From Deltaproteobacteria bacterium (GTDB lineage Bacteria; Bdellovibrionota_B; Oligoflexia; Oligoflexales; Bog-1112), in NCBI GenBank assembly GCA_947466225.1, contig CANIBL010000003.1:2574-66573 (forward strand): DNA of 64,000 bases, given 5' to 3'. Positions 36,801 to 44,635 of this stretch are shown in pieces; within the stretch, counting starts at the first letter, position 1; each line of letters opens with the position of its first letter. The position numbers and the translations under genes are program-made. Under the pieces are notes generated by a model. The model did no database searches. It was not told where the DNA came from and saw only the letters and a list, made by a program, of their open reading frames with translations.

Positions 36801-36961
36801 TGGGGATGTTACCTATCGCAATCGGGGCTGGAGATGGGGGCAAAATCTTGCAACCCTTGGGGATTGCAGTCTGCGGAGGCTTATGGGTTTCCCTCCTTTT
36901 CACCCTGTATTTGGTGCCTACGCTGGAGTATGCCTACCTTCGTCGCACGGATATGAAGTGA
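33848..36961 (+). CDS. RND-family efflux transporter permease (AcrB/HAE-type)
   Basis: 1037 aa with 12 TM helices in a 1+5/1+5 arrangement and two large periplasmic loops. The start is 1 nt after the adaptor stop. Confidence 0.92.
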   Translation: MKLHSVYSAPHRIYLCFLLLGIAGFLCYQTLPISLFPNSTRPQIGSEVPYGNLTRDGFLTSYGKDIEQLLHAIRGKSCTADRVEAQYSAKSVYYNIQFGWGDEGAECLKEVKQVINTFQSQWPQEVQRRLGVWQNSSGTGFFLASLHSKARSDVDIHTALEPILRTKFAGIREVERVWINDPAAKQITIDLSPTKLAAFKLRPKEVIEKIQQTMTHYNGGEVHVGTNQLSLEIGTPLTDVKELGSLLVTKTTDKKIYLSEIAHIKVEPASKERNLTTLNGSSSVLIFSKPAPGKNIRDMSRKIIAVLENTLKKDPQFSDIDYTVMVNPGAFVDQSISNVLKEVGICSLIAVLILFLFIGTLSGTVPALIEIPLSLLLSFILMKLAGVHINMISLGGLALSVGMNVDASIVVIDSILKRFALLKGTRLSKQAIVSSVVEAVQEVYIPVVLSTITSLIVFIPLSFTSDLTEAILGDLAKAVIFSHGLSLFIALLLVPSIRVHMAYRFGVTSEHHALPWLERRWNSLYTGYESSLSWLLEQRKTQWVLYVAVLATLVAAVTWIPSQLKREIIGIPETAIISSQIQVYQSSTHQQTQSYVAKFEQQIREKWGDKIDFTFAEVYQKDRSAFWISLRDKSEAKAMQESLEEMAKSRLDAKFDFYPFNPAELPLPNPPDWEITFHGRHSQEIRAVREAFRVELLDRGILTNLPDPPSAFPTQANLIPIPAAWAHLSSNKANDLTPSDIGQMILLGTDPIEIGLFTLQEKQLPIVAAYPHQTLTSIADMEALPIFVGEKIIPLRALMHVKLESNRISNLYRVDGDDTYTYSGNFTEKEKRQEKTLRRKLSEFIGTFQAQQRNNGVALTPEDTQKELTQALHELLLAIAISLGLIFLVLYLQFSSLVHTFIIMLAIPFGLIGVFLSLYIFHSTLSVNAALGIILLIGITVANSIMLVEKILHLHRAGTASREAILETAKKRIRPILMTSLTTILGMLPIAIGAGDGGKILQPLGIAVCGGLWVSLLFTLYLVPTLEYAYLRRTDMK

Positions 36962-36971
36962 AAGTAAAATA

Positions 36972-38204
36972 ATGAAAAAGCCTTGGATCTACTATTTCGC
37001 TCTACTTAGCCTGTCTCTACAAGCAAAGGGGCTCTCCTTGCAAGAAGCCCAAGACCTTATTTTGCGCCGAAACCCAACTATAAAAAGTGCAGATCAGCTC
37101 TATGAGGCGGTTGAGAAGGAAAAACAAGCCACACGAGCGGCTCGTCTCCCTACGATAAAACTTCAGTACGAGAAGGGAAGAAACCAATCAGCAGATCAAC
37201 CGAGTGCAGCACAAAACTCTATGATTGAAATACGCGCGGATCTAAAGAACCCCTTTTCTCACAATGCTGCTCAAGCTGGGTGGGAGCTGGAACAACAAGA
37301 CATTCGCCTCTCCCAAACCGCGCAAAAGCACACGCTTCTTCATAGCGTTCGGCTGGCCTATTTCAAAGCATGTCAACTAGAGTATCAGCTTGCCTCGGCC
37401 CAAAAAATCTTACACTCTCGTCGAGAAGAACGGGATCTCTTGCAAAAGAAAAGCTACCAAGAACGACTGCCGACCCTTGATCGAGAACGAATTGAACAGG
37501 CGTTTCGCAAGCAACAGCAAGTGGTCGACAGCTTGGCGGCGCGAAAAGAAACCTATGATATAGCGATACAAAAAGCCCTTCAACTTCCAACTTCCGCTAT
37601 CTCTCTCCACACGCCTTTTCCGGAAAATTTCACGTTTCCTACACTCGGAGGCAAACCAAAAACACCGCCCATTTTGGCACAAAAAGCAGCCGTAGCACGG
37701 GAAAAAAATCAAAATTTATTGCAGCAAGAACGCATGAAATGGACACCCGATTTTTTTGTGTCCTATCAAGATGGCCGAAGAGAGGGAGAGTTGAGTACCC
37801 ACGCTTTTCTGGTGGGATTTAGCTGGGCATTATCTGCAGAGCCTTATTACAAACAAAAAGCCCTTGAACTCCGGATGGAATCCGGGACACTGCTATATGA
37901 GCAAGAGCTGCAAGCACAACAAGCGCGCATCACGCAATCTTTGAATCAGCTGAAGGAAACCCTCACAACCCTTCAAAGCCAAGGGGATATCATTCGATCG
38001 AGCCAAAAAATTGCGATGGAAAGCCGGCGGCAATACCAACACGGAGGCATCCCAATTCAGATGTATCATGAGGATGTGCGAAGCTGGACCCAAGAAGTAG
38101 ATCGAGCCCTGGAGTTGCGATATCAAGCAGTAGAGCAATTGGCTGATTTATCGTTGGCTACGGAAGAGGAAGATCTTTTTTACCAAGGCATTCAGCTAAA
38201 GTAA
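36972..38204 (+). CDS. Outer-membrane efflux protein (TolC-like OMF)
   Basis: 410 aa with a signal peptide and an internally duplicated coiled-coil-rich architecture. It is the last gene of the RND triplet. Confidence 0.82.
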   Translation: MKKPWIYYFALLSLSLQAKGLSLQEAQDLILRRNPTIKSADQLYEAVEKEKQATRAARLPTIKLQYEKGRNQSADQPSAAQNSMIEIRADLKNPFSHNAAQAGWELEQQDIRLSQTAQKHTLLHSVRLAYFKACQLEYQLASAQKILHSRREERDLLQKKSYQERLPTLDRERIEQAFRKQQQVVDSLAARKETYDIAIQKALQLPTSAISLHTPFPENFTFPTLGGKPKTPPILAQKAAVAREKNQNLLQQERMKWTPDFFVSYQDGRREGELSTHAFLVGFSWALSAEPYYKQKALELRMESGTLLYEQELQAQQARITQSLNQLKETLTTLQSQGDIIRSSQKIAMESRRQYQHGGIPIQMYHEDVRSWTQEVDRALELRYQAVEQLADLSLATEEEDLFYQGIQLK

Positions 38205-38206
38205 TT

Positions 38207-38245
38207 CCGTCATCCCCAGGCTGCCTCTGCCGTCGGGGATCCCCC
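38207..38245 (+). repeat. Palindromic intergenic repeat, type 2 copy (CCGTCATCCCCAGGCTGCCTCTGCCGTCGGGGATCCCCC)
   Basis: It begins 3 nt after the TolC-like stop and overlaps the last ~12 codons of the convergent rlmM-like ORF. It contains the ATCCCC/GGGGAT stem and the GGGGATCCCC palindrome. Confidence 0.7.
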
Positions 38246-39178
38246 TTGCGGCAACCGACTCCACACCCAAGTAAGCTCATGCTTGTTTTGGCTAAGATGC
38301 CCCAGCCACCCATTCGGGATTTGAGCAAAAGAATCGATTACCCCATAATGCTCTCGCCCCTGAAACTTCAACGTACACACTGCATATTGAATGGAAGAAG
38401 GCACCATACACGTGCTCACCCACTCATAGAGTTTCTCTGGATAGCAGATCACATCGCAAAACAACCACGAAGCCTCTGGATATGCCGATAGATCCACCCG
38501 AAAAGCATCGGCTTCAATGAACTCAACCCCAGCTGCCTGCATCAAATCTGCTCGCAGAGGACTTCGATCAAAAGCCTTCACATGGGCGCCCATCTGGTGC
38601 AACACCCACGTCCATCCTCCCGGTGATGCACCGAGATCGAGACATATTTCGCCCTTTTGTGGCGCAACTCCGATTCGAGTAAAAGCTTCCCAGAGCTTCA
38701 AATAGGCGCGATTGGGGGGGCCCGCTCGATCCTCCGCAAAGATCCACTCTCCATTGGGACGAGGGCTGCTACAAGAAGGCGAAGCCAGCACCCGATGATC
38801 ATCTAAGAGGCGCCAGGATCCCAAGGGGGGATACACCATAGGCTTGCCGGTAAATACAACAGGTTTAGCCCCTACATGGGGCAAGGCTTTTTGAATATAC
38901 GAAGCACGACTAGAGCCAGCTGGCATATAAGCCCACCAGCTACGCTGCAGAGAAGTCAAAGCTTTGGCACAGTCAGAGATGGAGTCAAATTCAATCTCAT
39001 ACAGCTCACGCCATATATTGGAGGCAAATCGATTCAAAAGTGAGTCTTCAATGGCACCCCAAAACAACCGCTCCTGGCGCAGATGAGGCTTGCCAGCAAG
39101 ACGCTCGGCAAAGAGATCCTCAAGACCAAGCGGGGCTAAATATGCGATCTGATTGGGAAGGCAGCGAAGTTGGTGCAA
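38210..39178 (-). CDS. rlmM: FtsJ-like 2'-O-ribose rRNA methyltransferase, RlmM-like
   Basis: 322 aa with SAM-binding motif ICLDLGASPGGWTWVL preceded by AYLKLWEAF, resembling 23S rRNA C2498 methyltransferase RlmM. The C-terminal residues are encoded by the repeat element, so the true stop context is uncertain. Confidence 0.7.
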   Translation of the reverse strand: MHQLRCLPNQIAYLAPLGLEDLFAERLAGKPHLRQERLFWGAIEDSLLNRFASNIWRELYEIEFDSISDCAKALTSLQRSWWAYMPAGSSRASYIQKALPHVGAKPVVFTGKPMVYPPLGSWRLLDDHRVLASPSCSSPRPNGEWIFAEDRAGPPNRAYLKLWEAFTRIGVAPQKGEICLDLGASPGGWTWVLHQMGAHVKAFDRSPLRADLMQAAGVEFIEADAFRVDLSAYPEASWLFCDVICYPEKLYEWVSTCMVPSSIQYAVCTLKFQGREHYGVIDSFAQIPNGWLGHLSQNKHELTWVWSRLPQGGSPTAEAAWG

Positions 39179-39189
39179 CAGAATAACCC

Positions 39190-39972
39190 TTATTTATCAG
39201 AGCAATGCTGCGCAGCCCATGTACCCAATGCGATACCGGTTGCTACGCCTACATTCAAACTGGCTACAGCACCAGTACCCGGAATGCGGAGCCGTTGAGA
39301 AAGAAGAGCGTCTACCGGTCTAGAAATACCGGTAATTTCATGGCCTACTACCAACACCGTTTTTTCTGGCAAAGGAGTTTGAAACAAAGAGTCTGTCGCA
39401 CGACTGGAGAACCCCACGAGGGCCCATCCCATGCGCTGTAACTCTTGCAAAAAGAGGACTTTTCTCTCTACAGAGACCTGCGCTACTGACTCAGTACCAC
39501 CCTCACTGAGGCGCACCCAAGAGGCTGACAAACGGGGGAGCTCCCCTGTCTCTCCAATAAGGTATCGACTGCCAAAATGGGCCATGGTCCGAGAAATTGC
39601 ACCCAAATTATGGGGATTTCCTACCCCATCGACGAAAACAAGAGGGCCATTCTCCGGGTTTTTTTTCAGGTGCTCTAAAAAAGCGCCTCCACTCCATGGT
39701 TCTGGAAATCGAGCCAGTATGGCAACACCTTCGTGATGAACCGAACTGGTAATTTTTTCCAAGGCTTCGGGTTCTACAATGTGGTAGGCCTTCTTTTGCG
39801 CTGCACAAGCCTGCAAAATATCCTTGCATTTCGGCACCATAGAAGACAGGCAATATACCCGCACCACGGCATCGGGTCGTTTGCTCCAAAGAGCCAAGCA
39901 GGCGCGAAATCCATAAATCAAAAGCTCAAATGAATTTGTCGACATTTTTGTACCTGTAAAGAAATGATGCAA
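39190..39972 (-). CDS. TrmH/SpoU-family RNA 2'-O-methyltransferase
   Basis: C-terminal SPOUT motifs VLVVGHEITGIS and LRIPGTGAVASLNVGVATGIAL. The N-terminal substrate-binding domain is typical of the RlmB/TrmH group. Confidence 0.8.
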   Translation of the reverse strand: MHHFFTGTKMSTNSFELLIYGFRACLALWSKRPDAVVRVYCLSSMVPKCKDILQACAAQKKAYHIVEPEALEKITSSVHHEGVAILARFPEPWSGGAFLEHLKKNPENGPLVFVDGVGNPHNLGAISRTMAHFGSRYLIGETGELPRLSASWVRLSEGGTESVAQVSVERKVLFLQELQRMGWALVGFSSRATDSLFQTPLPEKTVLVVGHEITGISRPVDALLSQRLRIPGTGAVASLNVGVATGIALGTWAAQHCSDK

Positions 39973-40042
39973 TATGAAGTTGTTATCCGTCTAACGGTAA
40001 GATGGATAAATGCATACCCATCGGCAACGAAGATGTCTAATG

Positions 40043-40129
40043 CCGTCATGCCCAGGCCGAAGGCCGTATGGGCATCTCCCTCGATCGAAGGGGATCCCCG
40101 ACGCGCCCTTTGGTCGCTGGGGATGACGG
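40043..40129. repeat. Composite 87-bp repeat: a type 1 unit (+) joined to a type 2 unit (-), bounded by 13-nt terminal inverted repeats
   Basis: CCGTCATGCCCAG (40043-40055) and CTGGGGATGACGG (40117-40129) are inverted repeats with one mismatch. The interior holds the two hairpin units. It lies in the divergent region between the trmH-like and rsm22-like genes. Confidence 0.75.
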
Positions 40130-40132
40130 ATC

Positions 40133-41365
40133 ATGCAAGGCATCTTCAAGTTAGATCGGTATATCAGAAAATCGCCCTTTTTTCCTATGCAATACTTTGG
40201 TACCCTGCTTCCTTCTGTCTCCCCAGCGAATGAAAGGCGGGTTTCCACTTTGCCAACAGTAAAAACCAAGATCGAACCTACCTACAAATTACAACTCGAA
40301 CCGGCTGTAACCAGCTGGTATCAGACCTTATTGAGCCATGACAAGAAGAAGCATAAGAACCCAGTTCGCGCCAAGGTGTTTCGTCAGTGGCTCTCTATCT
40401 ACGGGAATGAAATCAAGGGATTGCGTCTCACCTACACCCGAAGCCGAGACCAAATCGACTACTCCTTGCTACAACATGCAAGAAGCGCATTTGCCTATAT
40501 GCTTGGATTTCATCTCCCCAATTTTGCTCGGGTATATCGCCTGCTTGAACGAGTAAACCGCACCCATAATCTCCACGCCTATTTGGAAAAACAAGCTTGT
40601 CACTTGTATGACATCGGCTGTGGGACCGGGGCATTTGCCCATGCTTTCCTCACCGCATTTCCTCTTAAAAAACCCCAAGTCAGCTTATTGGACCCCAATC
40701 GGCATCTTCTCAAGCTGGCCACCGACATGGTGAAATCCACGGGAGCTGACTGCAAACCGATTCAGTGCAAAGCCCATGAGTTGCGCATGCCGCAAGGACT
40801 GGCAGAAACATCCATTTTCCTTCTGGGCAACGTACTCAATCAAATTCAAAAGCCAGAAAAGCGCTATGAGGCCTTCATCGACCGACTCCTGCAACAAGTC
40901 AATCGCAACAGCCTATTGTTTATTTTAGAGCCAGCAACAGAAGACTCCGCAGTGGACATGATGCGCTTGCGAAACGAACTTGTCGCAGGCGGATTTGTCT
41001 CCCTCTACCCATGCCCCCATGCCATGCCATGCCCACTATTGGGTACAAGAGATCGCTGCTACAGTGACTTTCCTCTGCTACAGATTCCAGAAATGAAGTG
41101 GTTGGATGAGCAAACTGGTGTCAAGCGACATGTATTCTCTGCCGCTGCCTACTGCTTTGCCTCCCCTTCGGTGGCACAAGCCTTACAAGTAGCGCCCCCT
41201 CTCCCAGTTCTGATTGGAAAGCCATTGGTGCAAGAGACAAAAGTGGGGATGCTCTGCATGCCTACTGGCACGGTAGAAAGAAAAGCTCTGGGTGGATCCA
41301 AGAAAATGCGAGGAGAAAAAACAACCCTCCTCCTCAGCGAGTCACCGACTGGATCTCCTCGATAA
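40133..41365 (+). CDS. Rsm22-like SAM-dependent methyltransferase (small ribosomal subunit methyltransferase family)
   Basis: SAM motif LYDIGCGTGAFAHAF and C-terminal Cys cluster YPCPHAMPCPLLGTRDRCYSDF, as in the Rsm22 family. The start is uncertain (ATG at 40133 directly abuts the repeat; alternative ATG at 40187). Confidence 0.65.
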   Translation: MQGIFKLDRYIRKSPFFPMQYFGTLLPSVSPANERRVSTLPTVKTKIEPTYKLQLEPAVTSWYQTLLSHDKKKHKNPVRAKVFRQWLSIYGNEIKGLRLTYTRSRDQIDYSLLQHARSAFAYMLGFHLPNFARVYRLLERVNRTHNLHAYLEKQACHLYDIGCGTGAFAHAFLTAFPLKKPQVSLLDPNRHLLKLATDMVKSTGADCKPIQCKAHELRMPQGLAETSIFLLGNVLNQIQKPEKRYEAFIDRLLQQVNRNSLLFILEPATEDSAVDMMRLRNELVAGGFVSLYPCPHAMPCPLLGTRDRCYSDFPLLQIPEMKWLDEQTGVKRHVFSAAAYCFASPSVAQALQVAPPLPVLIGKPLVQETKVGMLCMPTGTVERKALGGSKKMRGEKTTLLLSESPTGSPR

Positions 41366-42329
41366 TTTCTTTCTGCGCGCTTCGCTTCTCCACCTCACCC
41401 AAAAAATGCCCCGCTGTAGCATTGTAATTTTGATGGGTTCCTTCGATATAGGCCATCTGGGCCCATGTCGGAAGATTGATAAAAACAAAAGCCAGATAAG
41501 AAACATCGGTCTCCATCAGTCGGGCCAAGACCTTCTTTGCACCCTCTGATAAAGCTGTCGTACGGGATACGGAATAGTAGAAAAGAATTTCAAGCTTACT
41601 GTTTGCGATAGAGGTAGGATGCGAGGCCAAATGCTCCAAAATTCGAGAACATGTTAACAAATCCACATGCACCAAGCTAAGTTGACGCAGCTCTTCTGGA
41701 TTCGCCAAGGACAAATACTCCAAAAAGTCCTCCGAGGCTCTCGTTGAATCTAAGGCAGCCATGGCTTCCGCAAATGCCGGATGATGCACCGTGAGCAACC
41801 CCTTGCGGACAATGGTATATGCATGCCTTAAACCATTGCTTGCCACAGCCTGTGCCATCTCCGGAAATAGATCATCTGAAAGCGTATCCTCTTTCAAATC
41901 TTCTGTAAGCCTACGATCTATTTCTTTTGCCATCAGAGGCCCTGGCAATGCTGTAGCCAAACGCCAGCCCATTTGTTGCCCCAACGCCCGGTCGCTTCGA
42001 ACCAAAATGGCAAAGAGCTTATGTGCTTCACTATGATTTAAGGTTTGGTACAATCGCACGGCATTTAGTAATTTAAATCCAGGCCAGAGAAGAAAATTCT
42101 TACCGATAAGATGATACAACTCATCCCCTGCTTTACCCTGCTCTTTTCGTTTCTGTAACAGACGACGCACCTGTTCTAAGGTTTCATCCCCGAAGGTAAC
42201 AGCAGCATCTATCGCCTCCTCCCGATCCATGGTGGAGGTAATCACAGGCGGTTTTTTTTCCTCAGACTGAAAGGATACACACTGCACTAAGAAAACCGAC
42301 AAACACGTCACCACAAGCCATTTTTTCAT
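41334..42329 (-). CDS. Putative lipoprotein, all-helical (HEAT/ARM-like), function unknown
   Basis: Signal peptide with a lipobox-like LVQC. The rest is predicted helical with no catalytic motif. There is a 4-nt start/stop overlap with the upstream gene. Confidence 0.55.
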   Translation of the reverse strand: MKKWLVVTCLSVFLVQCVSFQSEEKKPPVITSTMDREEAIDAAVTFGDETLEQVRRLLQKRKEQGKAGDELYHLIGKNFLLWPGFKLLNAVRLYQTLNHSEAHKLFAILVRSDRALGQQMGWRLATALPGPLMAKEIDRRLTEDLKEDTLSDDLFPEMAQAVASNGLRHAYTIVRKGLLTVHHPAFAEAMAALDSTRASEDFLEYLSLANPEELRQLSLVHVDLLTCSRILEHLASHPTSIANSKLEILFYYSVSRTTALSEGAKKVLARLMETDVSYLAFVFINLPTWAQMAYIEGTHQNYNATAGHFLGEVEKRSAQKEIIEEIQSVTR

Positions 42330-42745
42330 ATGTCATCCAATGTAAAAGGAAAAGAGAGCTCTTTTTCTACCTGTTGTAAAAGCTCCATTGCATGTGCCGG
42401 TATCTTACGCGCCCGCACATGGCATACCCACTTTTCCCCTGCTGGAGAAAAGCGCAAGGCTAAAATCCCCGCCTGTAAGTGTAACTGAAAAAGCGCAGCA
42501 CCAGCTATAATGCGTGGCGCTTGTCTTGTTTGTGGCGGGAGCGGCCCCTCAATTGGGATCGCAAAAGCCCCAGCAAACCGCAAGAGATATCGCAAGGGCC
42601 GATCGACTCGACGCAACATACCATCTGGCGCCTGTACGCACCAGCGAACAAACCGCAGCTGATTTTGCGTATAAAGCAAGAAAGCAATCAAAAAAATGAA
42701 AGCTCCCCCCGCAACCAGATGCACAACGATGGTTACAATATCCAA
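42326..42745 (-). CDS. Small membrane-anchored hypothetical protein (139 aa)
   Basis: N-terminal TM helix IVVHLVAGGAFIFLIAFLLY. It lies 7 nt downstream of the hydroxylase stop on the same strand. Confidence 0.5.
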   Translation of the reverse strand: MDIVTIVVHLVAGGAFIFLIAFLLYTQNQLRFVRWCVQAPDGMLRRVDRPLRYLLRFAGAFAIPIEGPLPPQTRQAPRIIAGAALFQLHLQAGILALRFSPAGEKWVCHVRARKIPAHAMELLQQVEKELSFPFTLDDI

Positions 42746-42752
42746 GCCAGCC

Positions 42753-44504
42753 TCAATCTAGTTGCGCTCGCATCTGCATGCTCTGCTGGATAAAAACCGA
42801 GAGCTCAGGATGACGACTGCAAGCCTCTGCGACACGCCGTTCTAACTCCGCAATATCATATGCTGCCTCACACCGCGCCGCAAGTTCCAGCAGCTCTACA
42901 AATAAGAGCCACTCCTGCGGACAGGTTTGAACGACATCCACTTCCATGCTGCGAATTTTTTCTGCTGTCAATAAACCAGAAGCCTGGCGACACTCTCGCA
43001 CCTGCTGGTACAACGCAAATACGTGCCGATCGGTTTCTGTATAAGGCTCAGACCTTCCTGGCGAAGAGCTGGCGGATCCAAGGGCAAAGCCCCCATACGC
43101 GCCCCAGTCAGCCGGCCCCCCATAGACACTTTCCGCCACGCTGCCTACCAGCATATCAAAATCGCCCCAATCAGGGTGGAACAACTGCGCCCCCTTCCAT
43201 ACTACCTCGGCTTCTCGCCAAGAAAGTAACAAGAGCGCTCCGGTATGACTGCGAACCCAATGATCTACCACGCCAGATACTTGAACGCCTGAGACAAATA
43301 TCAACTCACACCGCTTGCCTTGCGAAATGCCAAGGGCGCTGAGCTCACTGTCGCTCAAAGTATCGGGCCGTTTGGCTACACCTTGCCAAGCCCCAATCGG
43401 CGAGCTGAATCCCTGGGGATGTTGCACGCGACCCTGACCTGGCAGCTCTTTGTCCCCCGCGCAGACTTGCACGGGCCCACGCCAGCGGGCGTATACAACG
43501 CGAGCCTTATCCACCTGGTACGAATCAAGGATCCCAGACACCGCAACCCCAGAGTCCCATGCCACCGTGGTCACGGTCCCGCTTTTTTGTGCGGTAGACA
43601 GTCCATACTCCTCTCCACGCCGAAAAGACAGAGTGGCCTCTAATTCATCTAACACTTCAAGAAGATGCCCGAAGTCTCTCGCTACAAAAAGCTGGGGCTG
43701 CGGCTCTGTGATGTCATAGCTTTGCTCCGTGCAAGCCAAGGAAAGGGGGATCTTACGAACCGCCCTTCCTAAACAAGAATGAGCTTCGCTCAGAGAAGAA
43801 AGAAGTCCAGCACCAAAAATTTGTGGATCATGAAGAGAGCCGATCAACCCATATTCAGCGGTCCACCAATTCATGCGCGCGACCTTAGCGGCCTCCGAGA
43901 CCCAAGACACACAACGGTTGGCCTCCTCAAGCTCCCGTTGTGCTTGTGCGATTTGCGCTGCAGTACAATCCGGGTTCTCCTTGGCATCTGATAGCCTACG
44001 AATGGCTTCGTATACGCGCACATCCTCCCTAGAAAATATGGCCTTTCTGGCAAGGGTGGCATATCGGGTCAGGTAATGCGCGTACTCCTCATCAGCTAAG
44101 ATCGGAGCATGACCTGCAGCCTCGTGTACAATGTCAGGCGCAGGCGTATAGGAAACATGCTCTAACGTTCGCATATCCGCTGCAATGGGTAAAATTTTTC
44201 GCGCTTGAAAATCGAGAAATGCCAGAGGCGGAATGAATCCCCGTACGCAAACCGCACCCCACCCAAACTCGGACAGTACACGATCGATATCTTCGATCCG
44301 CGGGATTTTATCGATAGGGACACCGGTTTTACGCAACCCATCCAAGTAAACCGAGTGCGCGCTCTGTGCAAATAAGCACCTCGCATTGCGCATAATAAAG
44401 CGCCATGTCGCCTGCTCTCGCGGTGTATATCGCTCGTACACTTGTTCGACTATGTACGGTTGTAGGTAAGAGGGCACCCGTTCTTGGGTGCTACTGGTGG
44501 GCAT
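42753..44504 (-). CDS. Aromatic amino acid hydroxylase (phenylalanine-4-hydroxylase-like catalytic domain) with a ~250-aa C-terminal extension
   Basis: Iron-ligand motifs PDIVHEAAGHAPIL and WWTAEYGL. The start is set at ATG 44504, preceded by AAGGAGG. The 24 extra N-terminal codons in the track ORF (to 44576) are encoded by a repeat element. Confidence 0.8.
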   Translation of the reverse strand: MPTSSTQERVPSYLQPYIVEQVYERYTPREQATWRFIMRNARCLFAQSAHSVYLDGLRKTGVPIDKIPRIEDIDRVLSEFGWGAVCVRGFIPPLAFLDFQARKILPIAADMRTLEHVSYTPAPDIVHEAAGHAPILADEEYAHYLTRYATLARKAIFSREDVRVYEAIRRLSDAKENPDCTAAQIAQAQRELEEANRCVSWVSEAAKVARMNWWTAEYGLIGSLHDPQIFGAGLLSSLSEAHSCLGRAVRKIPLSLACTEQSYDITEPQPQLFVARDFGHLLEVLDELEATLSFRRGEEYGLSTAQKSGTVTTVAWDSGVAVSGILDSYQVDKARVVYARWRGPVQVCAGDKELPGQGRVQHPQGFSSPIGAWQGVAKRPDTLSDSELSALGISQGKRCELIFVSGVQVSGVVDHWVRSHTGALLLLSWREAEVVWKGAQLFHPDWGDFDMLVGSVAESVYGGPADWGAYGGFALGSASSSPGRSEPYTETDRHVFALYQQVRECRQASGLLTAEKIRSMEVDVVQTCPQEWLLFVELLELAARCEAAYDIAELERRVAEACSRHPELSVFIQQSMQMRAQLD

Positions 44505-44539
44505 ACTCCCTCCTTCGCAAAAATAGGCTGGCGTTTGTG

Positions 44540-44574
44540 CCGTCATCCCAGCGACCGAAGAGAAGCAGCACCCC
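44540..44574 (+). repeat. Palindromic intergenic repeat, diverged type 2 copy
   Basis: CCGTCATCCCAGCGACCGAAGAGAAGCAGCACCCC. It shares the 5' arm with the copy 55 nt downstream. Confidence 0.6.
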
Positions 44575-44594
44575 AAAAAGAGAGGGAAGCCAAC

Positions 44595-44635
44595 CCGTCA
44601 TCCCCAGCGACCAAAGGACGTGCCGGGGATCCCCC
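44595..44635 (+). repeat. Palindromic intergenic repeat, type 2 copy
   Basis: CCGTCATCCCCAGCGACCAAAGGACGTGCCGGGGATCCCCC. It is near-identical to the reverse complement of 40090-40129. Confidence 0.75.

Noticed and set aside
26222-44635. Could the short palindromic repeats be a CRISPR array?
   Set aside because: The copies are kilobases apart, in both orientations, of two sequence types, and located at gene ends. There is no regular repeat-spacer periodicity and no cas genes are present.
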